Assembly (NCBI RefSeq): GCF_018350175.1
Contig: NC_058368.1
Coordinates: 91,700,001 to 91,764,000, forward strand
Source: Felis catus
Lineage: Eukaryota
Length of the DNA: 64,000 bases
Reading direction: 5' to 3'
Under the pieces are notes generated by a model. That model saw nothing but the letters and a program-made list of their open reading frames with translations, was not told where the DNA came from and searched no databases. Shown piece after piece: positions 12,340-24,250 of this stretch; the first letter of the stretch is position 1, and each line of letters opens with the position of its first letter. A program made the position numbers and the translations under genes.

Positions 12340-12487
12340 TAAGTTTTTTAAAAATTTACTTTGAGCGGGGGAGGGGCAGCAAGAGAGAATCAGTGCTGTC
12401 AGTGCAGAGCCCAATGTGGGGCTCGAACCCACAAACCATGAGATTGTGACCTGAGCTGAAACCAAGACTGAGCCACCCAGGCACCCC
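12340..12487 (-). mobile_element. Internally deleted CanSINE
   Basis: Shortened body; TSD aggtgggatttttaa on both sides. Confidence 0.9.
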
Positions 12488-13567
12488 AAAGGTGGGATTT
12501 TTAATTTTGCCACACCCTGTCTGATCCCTCAGTTCTCTGCTCATTGTGTCAAATGCTGTCCTGATGGTGCCCTTCTTAGAGTCCAAGGCAAGCTAGTGAG
12601 GTTTCTGTGAATCTTCTCATTCTCAAAGACACCTTCTAACTGGTCCTAGTCACCTTGGCCCTTGTTTAGAGGAAGCACCTCTTTGCCTGGGCATATGTGA
12701 AGCAGGCTTTTGGTTCCACTGACTGCCTAGCTTCTGGCTCACCTTTTATCTTGTCTCCCCCACAGCCTTCATCCCCTTGACCTTGAGTTATCTCCACTTG
12801 ATAAAACCATTGGTCTCCCCCTGAAATAGCGTCTTTGCATTTGCCAATTATTCATTTTCTTTTAAGCCTCCAAGTTCCCTTCTCTTGCTTGACTTCTTAA
12901 ATGTTCATTCTGCCTTTCCCTAACTAATGACTGTGTTTTGTCAACGTGTTACTTTCCACAATGGGGTATTTGTGCAGTGGACTTCCTGGACTTCCATCAT
13001 GGTTCATGCCCTCGGTATTTTCTGCACCAGATCTTCTTTGTGACACAGGAAGGGACTCCTCCGAAACCCTGACCTTTCTGTTCATCCAGAGCAGGGGTTG
13101 TGGTCACCTGTATACATCACCTGAATATAATTACTCTAACTTTGCAGCATCCTGAATCTTCTTGAATGTTTCCACATCTTCAGAACGTTGAAGGTGATCC
13201 ACATCTTCCAGAGTGTTTTTGAAATTATGTGTCGAAGTGTTCAGTAGTCAAAGTTGGCACCACATGTATGACCTAGATTGACATATATAAGCGCACATGA
13301 GCATCAGTTTAACCCACTGTCATTCTGCAGGTTTCCATACCATGATCAGGTCATTTCACACAATTTTAGCTAGTTGAGGCATCATGACTTGAGGGCAGAA
13401 GTTTTTGCCATCTTTCAAAGGTTGAGGAGTAGGCAATTTATATTTCTTGCTGGTGGGAGTCTTTTTTATGCAGACCTCATCATCACCACTATACCTGCTG
13501 CCCAGTGCAATGGACACTTGGAAATTGAGGCTCTACTTACAAACTCAGCTTGCTGGCGGGTTTCCTT

Positions 13568-13785
13568 TTATTTTTATTTTTTTTAATGTTTGTTTATTTT
13601 TGAGAGAGAGACAGAGTGTGATCGGGGGATGGGCAGAGAGAGAGAGGGAAACACAGAATCTGAAGCAGGTTCCAGGCTCTGAGCCGTCAGCACAGAGCCT
13701 GACGTGGGGCTCAAACTCATGAACTACGAGATTGTGACCTGAGCTGAAGTCAGACGCTCAACCGACTGAGCCACCCAGGTGCCCC
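13568..13785 (-). mobile_element. CanSINE
   Basis: Full body; TSD-like gggtttccttt on both flanks. Confidence 0.95.
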
Positions 13786-14052
13786 TGATGGGTTTCCTTT
13801 TTACTGTCAAGTTTTATATCTGTGCTTAGTTTCTTGATGAGTAAAATTACACCAATTTCATGTCATTGGAACGAGGTGGGAAGTAAATGTGTAAATTGAC
13901 TGATATATTGTAGGGATTTTAGGAGGGCATTTTTACAGAGTTGAGAAATTTTTTGGAAGCTCACTGTGCTGAGTTGATAAGCACTGGAGAGCGATGGCCA
14001 GAGTCTGACCTCTGAAGGGCACATCCTATGTGCTGGACTCTACAATTATGTT

Positions 14053-14264
14053 CTTTTTTTTTTTTTTATGTTTATTTTTGAGAGACAGAGAGAGAGAGGG
14101 AGGGGGAGAATGTGAGGGGGGAGGGGCAGCAAGAGGGGGACAGAGAATCTGAAGCAGGCCCTGTGCTGACAGCAGAGAGCCCTGTGCGGGGCTCAAACTC
14201 ACAAACCGTGAGATCTTGACCTGAGCCCATCAGATGCTTAACTGACTGGGCCACCCAGGCGCCC
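14053..14264 (-). mobile_element. CanSINE
   Basis: Full body; TSD tacaa(t/a)tatgttct. Confidence 0.93.
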
Positions 14265-14741
14265 CTACAAATATGTTCTCTTACTCATCAGAAAGAAATG
14301 AAACATCATGTCCAGTGCCATCATGCTTATGGTCTGAGGAGCCAGATGCAGAAGTGGCCATTATGTCATGTGCTCATGGTGATAGCCTCCTGCACAAGGC
14401 TCCTGGGATGGGACAGGCAGCTCAGCCCTTGGGACCCCGTCCTTATTCTTTCAACAAACTGCCCTTAGGTTTGTTTGGTGATTTTGCTTTGTTTCATTTT
14501 TGATAGATTTGCAGTTTGAATCATCCTCCAAACAGAACAAATGAAAACAAACTTCTTTGGAAAATCGCGTGCCTAGCACAGAGTTTGGTGCCCAGGGAAA
14601 CGTGTGCTGTCCTCGGGGCTAGCAAAGGGACATTCCTGAATGTGTATTCCTTTTTTCTTTTTCTTTTCTTTTCTTTTTTTTTTTTTTTGTGCACTCACCA
14701 ACCCTAGTATAAAAGTTTCCTTTTAAAGACAAACTCTCCAA

Positions 14742-14900
14742 ACACCTGGGTGGCTTAGATGGTTGAGTGTCCGACTTCGGCTCATGTCATGATCTTGCAA
14801 TCTGGTCCATGGGTTTGAGGCCTGCATTGGATTCTCTTTCTCTGCCTCTCCCCTGCTTGTGCTCTCTCTCTCAAAAATAAATAAACATTAAAAAAAATTA
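14742..14900 (+). mobile_element. CanSINE with central deletion
   Basis: cacctgggtggcttag head, (CT)n, A tail; TSD-like taaagacaaa(c/t)tctc. Confidence 0.85.
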
Positions 14901-15303
14901 AAGACAAATTCTCTTGCACAATGCTCCTTACGACTTCGTGGGGTAAAGATGGCCCTGTTGGAATTACAACTCACACATAAGCCAAACTGTACCTAATATT
15001 GGAAGGATGGACCAGGACCAAAACAAAAGCAGAGGAATATAAAACAAACCAGCAAGGGAGGGAACTGGATGCATACGGATAGAAGCTAAACGTTTCTGAA
15101 TATGACTTGTGGTTTGTAGATGGGACTTTGGAAACGTAAATATTTAAGCATGTAAAAAGTTAAATGATTTGTTTTTAAACTTGACCTCAGACTTCTTATT
15201 TGCTCCCATGTGACCCCCTACTTTTCCACGTTGTAGTCAGCTGAGGTGCTGGAAAAGCCCAGAGAGGGGAAGATGTGAGCAGAGAGCATCTCCAAGTTCT
15301 GTC

Positions 15304-15857
15304 TTTTTTTTTTTTTTTTTACATTTATTTATTTTTGAGACAGAGAGAGAGCATGAACAGGGGAGGGTCAGAGAAAGAGGGAGACACAGAATCTGAAACA
15401 GGCTCCAGGCTCTGAGCTGTCAGCACAGAGCCCAATGCGGGGCTCGAACCCACGGACCACGAGATCATGACCTGAGCCGAAGTCGGATGCTTTACCGACT
15501 GAGCCACCCAGGCGCCCCACCAAATTCTGTGTCTTGAGAGAGTCTGTCTGTCCCTCTGAGCACTCTTGTTCCTTGGATCTGAATCTGATAGCACTGGGGA
15601 TGCTGCCCACGGCCAACTTACCCACCTTTTGGAGATTTTTTTTTAAAAAGTGTTTGTTTATTTTTGATAGAGAGGGAGAAAGATAGAGCACGAGCAGGGG
15701 AGGGGCAGAGAGAGAGAGGGAGACACAGAATCTGAAGCAGGCTTCAGGCTCTGAGCTGTCAGCACAGAGCCTAACGCGGGGCTCAAGCCCACACACCATG
15801 AGATCATGACCTGAACCACAGTTGGATGTTTAACCGACTGAGCCACCCAGGCACCCC
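15304..15857 (-). mobile_element. Two co-oriented CanSINEs (15304-15518, 15636-15857)
   Basis: Two complete SINE bodies about 120 bp apart. Confidence 0.95.
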
Positions 15858-15884
15858 TGGAAGATGTCTGTTCTTAAAACCCAA

Positions 15885-16000
15885 CCATACTGGCAGCGCA
15901 ATCTTCAACTTCAACTTCCAGAACTGTGAACCAAACGTTTCTGCTGTTTCTAAGCCGCTCCGTGCACGGTATTTTGTCACAGACAGAATGGATTAAGACA
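15885..16000 (+). mobile_element. MaLR LTR 3' fragment (MLT1-like)
   Basis: cttccagaactgtga…ttctgctgtttctaagcc…ggtattttgt…taagaca. Confidence 0.7.
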
Positions 16001-16310
16001 CTACAAATAGACCATATTGTTCATCCATTCATGTGTTGATGGACACTTGGGTTGTTTTCCATCTTTCGGCTATTGCTTATGAACACTGGCGTATACGTAT
16101 GTGTCTGAGTCCCTGCGTTCAGTTTTTTGGGTAGGTACCTAAGACTGGACTTTCCGGGTCATATGGTAATTCTCTACTTAACATTCTGAGAAACTGCCCA
16201 ACTGTTTTCCACAGTGGCTCTGTCATTGTTATGTTTCCACCAGCAGTGCACAAGGGCTCCGATTTCTTTACGTCTTAACGAATGCTTGTTGTTTTCTCTT
16301 AAAAAAAAAA

Positions 16311-16702
16311 GTTTGTTTATTTATTTATTAAAGTTTATTTATTTGTTTTGAGAGAGAGAGAGGGAGCAGGGGAGGGGCAGAATCTGGCAGGAAGAGAGAG
16401 GGAATCCCAAGCAGGCTCCATACCACCAGCGCAGAGCCTGATACAGGGCTCAAACCGACGAACTGTGAGATCATGACCCGAAATCAAGATTCGGACACCT
16501 GACCACTGAGCCACCCAGGCACCCCATGTGTATTTATTTATTTGAGGGGGGTGGGAAGGGGCAGAGAGAGGTAGAGAGAGAGAATCCCAAGCAGGCTCCA
16601 TGCTGTCAGCGCAGAGCCCGACATGGAGCTTGATCTCACGAACTGTGAGATCGTGACCTGAGCCAAATTTGGAGCTTAACCCACTGAGCCACCCAAGCAC
16701 CT
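16311..16702 (-). mobile_element. Two abutting CanSINEs (16311-16525, 16527-16702)
   Basis: Two heads (ccacccaggcacccc; ccacccaagcacc); one probably inserted into the other's tail. Confidence 0.92.
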
Positions 16703-16803
16703 CCCTCCTTTTTAAGTCATAGCCACAATAATGGATGTGCATTAGTATCCTTTGTGATTTTAATTTGCTTTTTGCTAATGACATGTGATATTGGGCATCT
16801 TTT

Positions 16804-17436
16804 TTTAATTGAATAATAAATGTATTTTTATTTTTTGTTTTATATATATGTTTATTTAATTTTAATTCCAGGATAGTTAGCATACAGTGTTATATTAGTT
16901 TCAGGGGTACACTGTGGTGATTCAGCAATTCTATACAATACTCAGTGCTCATTGTGATAAATGTGCTCTTAATCCCCGTCACCTGTTTCACCCATCCCCC
17001 CCCCCATCCCCTTCCACTCTGGTAACCATCAGTTTGTTCTCTATAGTTAAGAGTCTGTAACCTCTTTGTTTGTTTTGTTTCTTAAATTACATATATGAGT
17101 GAAATCATATGGTGTCTGTCTTTCTCTGACTGACTTATGTTACTTAGCATTTTACTCCCTAGCTCCATCCACACCGTTGCAAAATGGCACGCTTTCATTC
17201 TTTTGTGGCTGATAATATTCCATTGTATATGTATACCACCTCTTTATGCATTCATCTATTGGTGGACACTTGGGCTGTTCCAAAAGTTTGGCTATTGTAG
17301 GTAGTGCTGCTATAAGCATTGCGGTGCATGTGCCCCTTTGAATCAGTATTTTTGTGAATACCCAGTAGTACAATTACTGAATCATAGAGTAGTTCTATTT
17401 ATATTGTTATTTAAATTTTTTTAATGTTTATTTATT

Positions 17437-17483
<47 letters not shown>

Positions 17484-17790
17484 ATGAGCAGGGGAGGGGC
17501 AGAAAAAGAGAGGGAGACACAGAATCTGAAGGAGGCTCCGGGCTGTCAGCACAGAGCCTGACGTGGGGCTTGAACCCATGAACCATGAGATCATGACCTG
17601 AGCCAAAGTCAGACGCTCAACCCACTGAGCCACCCAGGTGCCCCGAGTAGTTCTATTTTTAAGTTTTTGAGAACCCTCCATACTGTTTTCCACAGTGGCT
17701 GCACCAGTTTGCATTCCCACCAACAGTGCAAGAGGGTTCCCCTTTCTCTGCATCCTCACTGACACCTGCTGTTTCTTGTGTTTTTTATTT
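16804..17790 (-). mobile_element. Carnivore L1 (L1_Carn-like) 5'-truncated copy
   Basis: tagttagcatacagtgttatattagtttcagg…ggtaaccatcagtttgttctctatagttaagagtctg; TSD tgatattg(g/a)gcatctttt at 16786 and 17791. Confidence 0.85.
17401..17644 (-). mobile_element. CanSINE nested in carnivore L1
   Basis: TSD gagtagttctattt at 17387 and 17645. Confidence 0.95.
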
Positions 17791-18521
17791 TGATATTGAG
17801 CATCTTTTCATGTGCTCAATTGCTGTTTGTATATTTTCTCAGGTGACATGTCTATTCAAGTCCTTTGCACGTTTTTAATTGTCTGTTTTGTTGTTGAGCT
17901 GTAGGGTTTCCTTATGCATTCAGGATATTAACCACTTATCAAATATATGATTTGCAAATATCTTCTTGCATCCTGAAAGTTGTCTTTTCACTCTGTTGAC
18001 ACTGTCCTTTGATGCACAAAATTTTTTCGTTTTGACAAAACCCAGTTTATCTGTTTTGTTCTTTGTTGCTGGTGGTTTTGGCATCATAGCCAAGAAATTG
18101 TTGCCAAATTCAGTGTCATGAAAAGTTTTCTCTCTGTTTCCTCCCGAGAGTTTCATAGTTTTGACTCCTGGGTTAAAGTCTTTGATCCATATTCAGTTAT
18201 TTTTTATACGTGGACAAAATTTATTTTTTATATAAAAGTATCGATGAATATCCCTGAGGTCTTATACAAAGGTGGACTCACACAGTCAAGTCTGCTTGAA
18301 CCTGTGAAAAACAGACTTTTTTTTTTTTTTGCATCCTTGTTGACCAGATATCTGGATGTTATCTGTGACCATTAGACTTTCATTTACCTTGGGAGTTTCC
18401 ACTGTAACACTTCCTTCGGGGTGTGGGCTGTTGAATGCAGACTGACAGACATACCGTTGACTACATTCAAGACAAAGACATGTCATTCAAAGCAGGAGAC
18501 TGAAAAATACCACTGGGGCCA

Positions 18522-18681
18522 TTTTTAAAAATATTTATTTATTTTTGACAGAGGAGGGGGGAGGGAGCATGAGTGGGGGACGGGCAGAGAGAGAGAGATT
18601 AAGAGAGAAACAGAGAATCCCAAGCAGGCTCAGCCAAAATCAAGAGTTGGACGTTTAACCAACTGAGACACCCAGGCACCC
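18522..18681 (-). mobile_element. Internally deleted CanSINE
   Basis: caggctcagccaaaatcaagag junction; TSD tggggccattttt. Confidence 0.88.
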
Positions 18682-19084
18682 GTCAATGGGGCCATTTTGA
18701 ATTGTTCTTAATAGAAGAATGCTTATGTGCTTGGGTTACAGTGGTGTGGCAAGGTCTTGGGGTGGGGTGAGAGTGGGGGTCCACTGGGTTCGGGAGCTCT
18801 GGGAAACTGGGCCATGCACCAGGGTTCAGCTGGTTGAGGTCTCCTACAGCCTCCTGGGGAAAGAGCAGTGGGGACTTGGGTGGCAGCTGGTAGATCTGGG
18901 ATGACAGCAGGATTAGGACCTAGACTGAGGGTACAGTTTAGCACAGTTCAGTTTGGTTTGGAGACTAAGCTTCTGATTCCCCACCCCACCCCCACCCCCC
19001 ACCATGAACCTGTATCCCTGGCTTCCACAGTTATCATCAATTTGCTGATCTGGTTTCATCTGCCCTTTTTTTTTTCCCTAGAGT

Positions 19085-19268
19085 ATTTTATTTTATTATT
19101 TTTTTAAGTTTATTTATTTATTTTGAGAGAGAGAGTGAGAGTGTGAGCAGGGAAGGGGCAGAGAGAGAGGGAGAGAGAGAATCCCCAGCAGGTGCCGCAT
19201 CATCAGTCCAGAGCCCGATGCGGGGTTTGAATGCGGACGCTCAACCAACTGAGCCACCCAGATGCCCC
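19085..19268 (-). mobile_element. Internally deleted CanSINE
   Basis: Body jumps from gggtttgaa to cggacgctcaacc. Confidence 0.88.
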
Positions 19269-19699
19269 TTCTGGAGCATCTTAAAGCAAATCCCAGGCCC
19301 CTTATATTTCACTTGCAAATATTTCATTGTGCATTTCTCAAGGATTAGGGTGGGTTTGTTTCCCCTTATAACCTCCATGCCATTGTCACACCTAAAATTA
19401 ATATGAATCCTGAATACTACATAATTCCAGTCCCAATTCGGATATCTCTACTTGAATTAAATCATGTCACCTCACTATAGTATCACACCGACCCCCTCTG
19501 CCCCCTTCCTCGGAACTGGTCCCACATCCTCTGGCTTGAAGGAACCAGAATTCTTTGTGGAATATAATCAAGAATTGAAAATACTTGTGCGAGGGGTGGG
19601 GAGCGTCGCCATGGGGCAAACTGGCACCCCCAGCGGCTTCCCGGGGAGGGGCCATGAGGGAGAGGCAGCCACTGGCTGGAGGTGAGGTTGTACATGTCT

Positions 19700-19900
19700 G
19701 TGGTCAGGAGCACAGGTTTGGGGTAAGATAACCTGTGTTCAGGTCTTGGCTCCTGTCACCAGTGTGACCTTGGGTAGGTGACTTTACCTCTCCGAACCTT
19801 CATTTCTTCAGCTATGAAATGGGGACAGAGTTCCTACTTCCTATTAAATATTGCGCCAGAGAGCCTCACAGTGTTGTTAAGTACTCAAGAAGGCTGGCTG
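19700..19900 (+). mobile_element. MIR SINE
   Basis: gtgtgaccttgggtaggtgactttacctctccgaaccttcatttcttcagctatgaaatgggg. Confidence 0.8.
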
Positions 19901-21289
19901 TTGTCATCAACAGTGCCACCACCGTAATCATTACTGTTATCCTGGTAAAGATCACGGGCCACTTGGCTGTCCCCCCCCACCCCCCCAGGGACACGGCCTG
20001 GGGACACCAAGGTTACAGGGAAACCCAGTGATTTGAAGAATGGTACCTCTTGGAACCCCACTGGTGTTTTGATGTTCCAGTATGGCGTCCAAGTCCAGAA
20101 ATTCTGGCAGAATCTCTCTGCTGGCTTGCATTTCAGGACCCTGGGATGATCTCTGTGCCCTTGATCTCCAAGGCAAACCTTTTGATAAAGTCTTCCATAA
20201 CTCAAGGGCACAAATGGAAGGCACTGATACCTTCAAAGGGCTACACCACCTTCCTTTGTAGCTACTTCTCTCTCAACCCGAGTATATCTTGGCTTCGAAG
20301 GTAACACAACTGGCCTGGGTACTTTTCCCAAATATTGATGTAAAACATTAGATTCCTCCAGACACTCTCTCCGTGGACACAGGAAGGGAGGGGGCTGGCA
20401 GAGGAAATGTTTGCTGCCCAGATGGGACCCATTCGAGGGGAGGCCACCCAGATGTTCCTGGGTCCATGGGCCTTGATGTTGGTATGGAAGACGCTGGAAG
20501 GAAAGAGCAGCTTCCAAGTAAAAGGGACCAGAGCTAGGAAAACCCGCAGCATTTGGGTAATAAATAAATAGCATGTCGATTATATAAGAAATGACAGCTA
20601 TTGTTTTGAGTCTGCAGGCTGGTTCCTTCTGCAACAGTCAAACGTGTAGCCCAGGGGAACAGCTGTTCTAGTTAGCCCAGGATAATATGGGTTTGTTTCC
20701 ATGTCCCAAACCCTCAGTGAATTCTCCTGACTGCCCCCCCACCCCCACTGCCGTCCCCACGCCTGCCCACCGGCCCCAGGCTTCTTGGCAACCCATTGGT
20801 TCTTCTGGCCAAACTCTGGTATCTTCCCACCTCACATGTAAAACTCCTGAACAGGGCTCAGAGAGAGCTTTCATGTCTAATGCCCCAGTGGGGTTCGCTG
20901 GTGTCTGCCAGGGTACCCACAGGCAGCCTCTGGCTCAACTGGGTCAAACCTCGCCAGACCCCCAGCCCCGGCTGCTTCCCTGCCTACTCTCCCCATAGCT
21001 GGGGTCTCCCTCCCCACCTCCACCCCATCTGTGTTCCCAGCTACGTCCAGGCCCTGAGACCTCCCAGCCAAAATGAGGGGCCTGAGACTGTGCTCCTCTG
21101 ATAACTGGCATCTGCCCCCTCACCTGTAGTTCCCTCTGGGCCTCAGTTTCCTTAGCCATGAAATGGGCACGATCATTCCTACCTCATAGGCATGAGCCTC
21201 TAAGTGGCAAATATCACCCAAGGGAATCAATATACCAAACCGTCTTACCCTGTAAAACAAATGACTTCCCTGCTGTACTTTAAAAGTTT

Positions 21290-21481
21290 TCTTCTTTTTT
21301 TAAAAAAATGTTTATTTATTTATTTCTGAGTGAGCGAGCGAGAGAGAATGAGAATCCTAGTCAGGGAGCGTGCTGTCAGCACGGAGCCGGACGCAGGGCT
21401 CCATTTTACGAACTGCAAGATTATGACCTGAGCCAAAACCAAGAGTCAGATGCTTAACTGACCGAGCCACCCAGGCGCCCC
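21290..21481 (-). mobile_element. CanSINE
   Basis: Head ccacccaggcgcccc ends at about 21481. Confidence 0.92.
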
Positions 21482-22269
21482 TAAATGTTTGCTTCTTATT
21501 TTATGTTCTTTTGGGAAGAGAAAGAAGGCGGGGTGGGGGGATATGTGGATGGTTGTAAACATACATGTTTTCACTTGAAGAGGGGCTCAGGCTGTTTTGC
21601 ATTTTTGTGAGGAGGCTTCAGATGTGTCCTTCAATTAGGCAACAGGCACAGTGATTAAACCGCTCTTCCCTTTGGGCCAAACTGTCTAAAACACCTACTG
21701 GCGTCTAATAAGGAGGCATGAAATACACTCTTTGGGGGACGATTCTGCTTCCACTGTCTGCTTTCCATTTAAACAAGCCATTTGTTTGCATGCAAGATGG
21801 TTTACTGGGCTGCACGAGTGAGTCAGTGCCCTGCATGAGTACGGGTAACACTGGAAGGTTCTGCTCAGATGTGTCTCTGGTTTGAGCCAGTCCAGCCACC
21901 CTGCCTCTGCTCAAGGGTTGATGCTTTTCCCCCAGAGCCCAGGTGCTGCTTCTCCCGCTCAGAGCTCGGTGATCCTCGAGATGACTTAATGCTTTGGTTG
22001 TTTTCTGAATCCTCGGGTTGCCTGGAAAACAACTTCTTCCAGTAAAAGAAGATAAAAGTGCTTAACGGGAATGTCAACATTCGCTCAGCCTTTTATGGCC
22101 CTTCGCTGTTTAGAAAATGCAGTGCAGCCATGATGGCTTAGAAAACCCAAACACTAGCCCTGAGAGGGAGGAGGCACGGATATCCTGTTAACCCCACTAT
22201 ATGGATGGGCAAAGTAAGGCTCGGAGGAGGGGAGTGACACAGGTAGAAGCTAATCATGTTAGAACAGGA

Positions 22270-22470
22270 CTTCTGATTATCTGACACCCTGGGTTCAAGT
22301 CCTGGCTGTGCCTCTTGGTATTTGAGAGCTTAGAGAGGTATTAAGTCATTTGAGCCCCATTTTTTTCATCTGTGTAACAGAGAAGTTGATAATGCCTGCT
22401 TTCAAGGGAGAGTTGGATGACATTGCACATTGAAAGTCCCTTAGGATGGGAGCTGGCATTGTTCTTGCTA
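22270..22470 (+). mobile_element. MIR SINE
   Basis: cctgggttcaagtcctggct…tttttcatctgtgtaacag. Confidence 0.7.
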
Positions 22471-22642
22471 AGACTATTATTTAATAATAATTACCATCAT
22501 TATTATTCTTGCTACGTCAGAGGCAAAGAGGCAGGTGCCCAAGCAGCCCCGCCCACATTGTTGGCAAGTACCATGGGTGCATACAGAGCACTTACGCTGC
22601 CCAGAGATGGCTGGAAGTTACTGCAATGTGCGTGGAGTTGGG

Positions 22643-23208
22643 TATGGCAGGCAGGGTCCTGATGGTCCCCAAGATTCCTGCCCCTTGGTGTGCAACTCTG
22701 TGATCCCTTCCCCTGAGAGTGGGCAGAACCTGAGAAGGTGGTAGGATGTTACTCCTGGGATTATGTCACATTCGATGGCAAAGGGATTTTGAAGATGGAG
22801 TTGAGGTTACCAGTCAGCTGAGTTGGAGTTAATCAAAGGGAAATTATCGGGGTGGGCCTGACCTCATCACATCAGCCCCTTAAATCTGACTCTAGAAGTA
22901 GAGCCAAGAAGAAGTCAGAGGGATCTGAAGCATGAGATGTCTTTGGGGAGAGCCACATGGCCTCTAGGAGCTAAGAGTGGTCCCTCAGGCCAACATCCTA
23001 CAACCTCAGGGAACTGATTTCCGTCAACAACCATGGGCACTTGGCCCCTGAGCTTCAGAAAGGAATGTGATGTCACCTTGATTTCAGCCCTCACAAGGCT
23101 TGCAGTCCTTGAGCAGAGAACCCAGACTTCTGACCTACAGAAACCCTGAGTTAAGTTTTAAGCTGCCAAGCGTGTGGCAATTTGTTGGTAGCAACAGAAA
23201 ACAATGCA
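22643..23208 (+). mobile_element. MaLR solo LTR (MLT1E-like)
   Basis: gatggtccccaagattcctgccccttggtgt…aagggattttgaagatg…aaagggaaattatcggggtgggcctgacctcatca…ttttaagctgccaag…gcaacagaaaac. Confidence 0.8.
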
Positions 23209-23234
23209 ATAAGGCAGAGCCACTGCAGGGTAAC

Positions 23235-23370
23235 TAGCAGTTATGTGTTGCTGCGAACGAATGACCACAAATCTTAAGGACTTAAACTGCATTTAGCATC
23301 TCACAGTTTGAGAGTTAGAAATGCAGGTGCAGCTCTATGGGACGCCTCTCCCTCAGGGTCTCTGCTTGGA
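23235..23370 (-). mobile_element. MaLR LTR fragment (MLT1-like)
   Basis: gttgctgc…accacaaatcttaaggacttaaa…catctcacagttt. Confidence 0.55.
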
Positions 23371-23506
23371 CCCAGCTGTCCTCAGAACTTGGTCCTTCAG
23401 TTAGATTCCTGTTCCAGTGACTCCTCCTCCAGGAGGCCTCCCCGACTTGCTGGCATCCATCACTCTCTGTCTCCCGTATAGCCACTTACTTTTTTTCATG
23501 GTACCT

Positions 23507-23951
23507 GTCGTATGTTGAATTGCATCCCTCCCAAAGGCATGTTGAAGTCCTAACCACTGCTATGTGTGAATGGGATCTTATTTGGAAATAAGATCTTTGC
23601 GGATGTGACCAACTTTGTATGGGGGTGGGGGGGCGGGTAGCCTAATGACTGGTGTCTCTAGAAGATGAGAGACATTTAGACACACAGACATGCAGGGGGA
23701 ACACCATGTGACCAACAGAGGCAGAGATCAAAGTGCATCTACAAGCCAAGGAATGCTAAGGGCTGCTGGCCACCACTGGAAACTAGGAGAGGCCAGGAAG
23801 CGTCCTCCTCTAGAGCTTTCAGAGAGAGCATGGCCCTGCTGACACCTTGATTTTGGACTCCCGGCTTCCAGAACCATTAGACAATAAATTTCCGCTGTTT
23901 TAATCTCCAAGTTTGTGCGTATTTGTTATAGCAGCCAAAGGATAATAATAT
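23507..23951 (+). mobile_element. MaLR solo LTR (MLT1C-like)
   Basis: gttgaattgcatccc…catgttgaagtcctaacc…cttatttggaaataag…caagccaaggaatgc…ggccctgctgacaccttgattttggac…tttgttatagcagcc. Confidence 0.85.
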
Positions 23952-23981
23952 AGTACTTTTTACCATCGCTCTTTTTCATCC

Positions 23982-24250
23982 TATGTATATATCTATGTAT
24001 TTATGTATGTATCTATATGTATCTATCCATGTATCTATGTATCTTTCTGTGTTTATGTATCTATCTATGTATCTGTTTATTGTGTATCTATGTATTTATC
24101 TCTGTATCTGTGTATATCTATGGGTGTATCTATGTGTGTTCTATGTATCTATCTATGTATTTATGTATCTGTGTATCTTTCTGTGTTTATCTATGTGTCT
24201 ATGTATCTATGTATCTAATTATCTATGTATCTGTATCTATCTATCCTATG
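23982..24250. repeat. Degenerate (TATC/TATG/TGTA)n compound microsatellite
   Basis: About 270 bp of mixed tatc/tgta/tgtg tetramers. Confidence 0.9.

Larger units (their letters stand above)
16010..18230 (-). mobile_element. Older L1 (L1MB-like) 3' region hosting nested insertions
   Basis: Antisense L1 text; ORF 17920..18156 'KTDKLGFVKTKKFCASKDSVNRVKRQ…KIFANHIFDKWLIS' is a degenerate L1 ORF2 segment. Confidence 0.85.

Noticed and set aside
12940..13960. Possible ancient retroelement or pseudogene on the minus strand (a 'YTGDHNP…LWMNRK' stretch reminiscent of Gypsy RNase H)
   Set aside because: Needs a frameshift, downstream motifs are absent and all frames carry stops; unsupported without a profile search.
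16335..16883. 182-aa ORF
   Set aside because: Read-through of L1 and two SINEs; its motifs recur in dozens of SINE-derived ORFs in the track.
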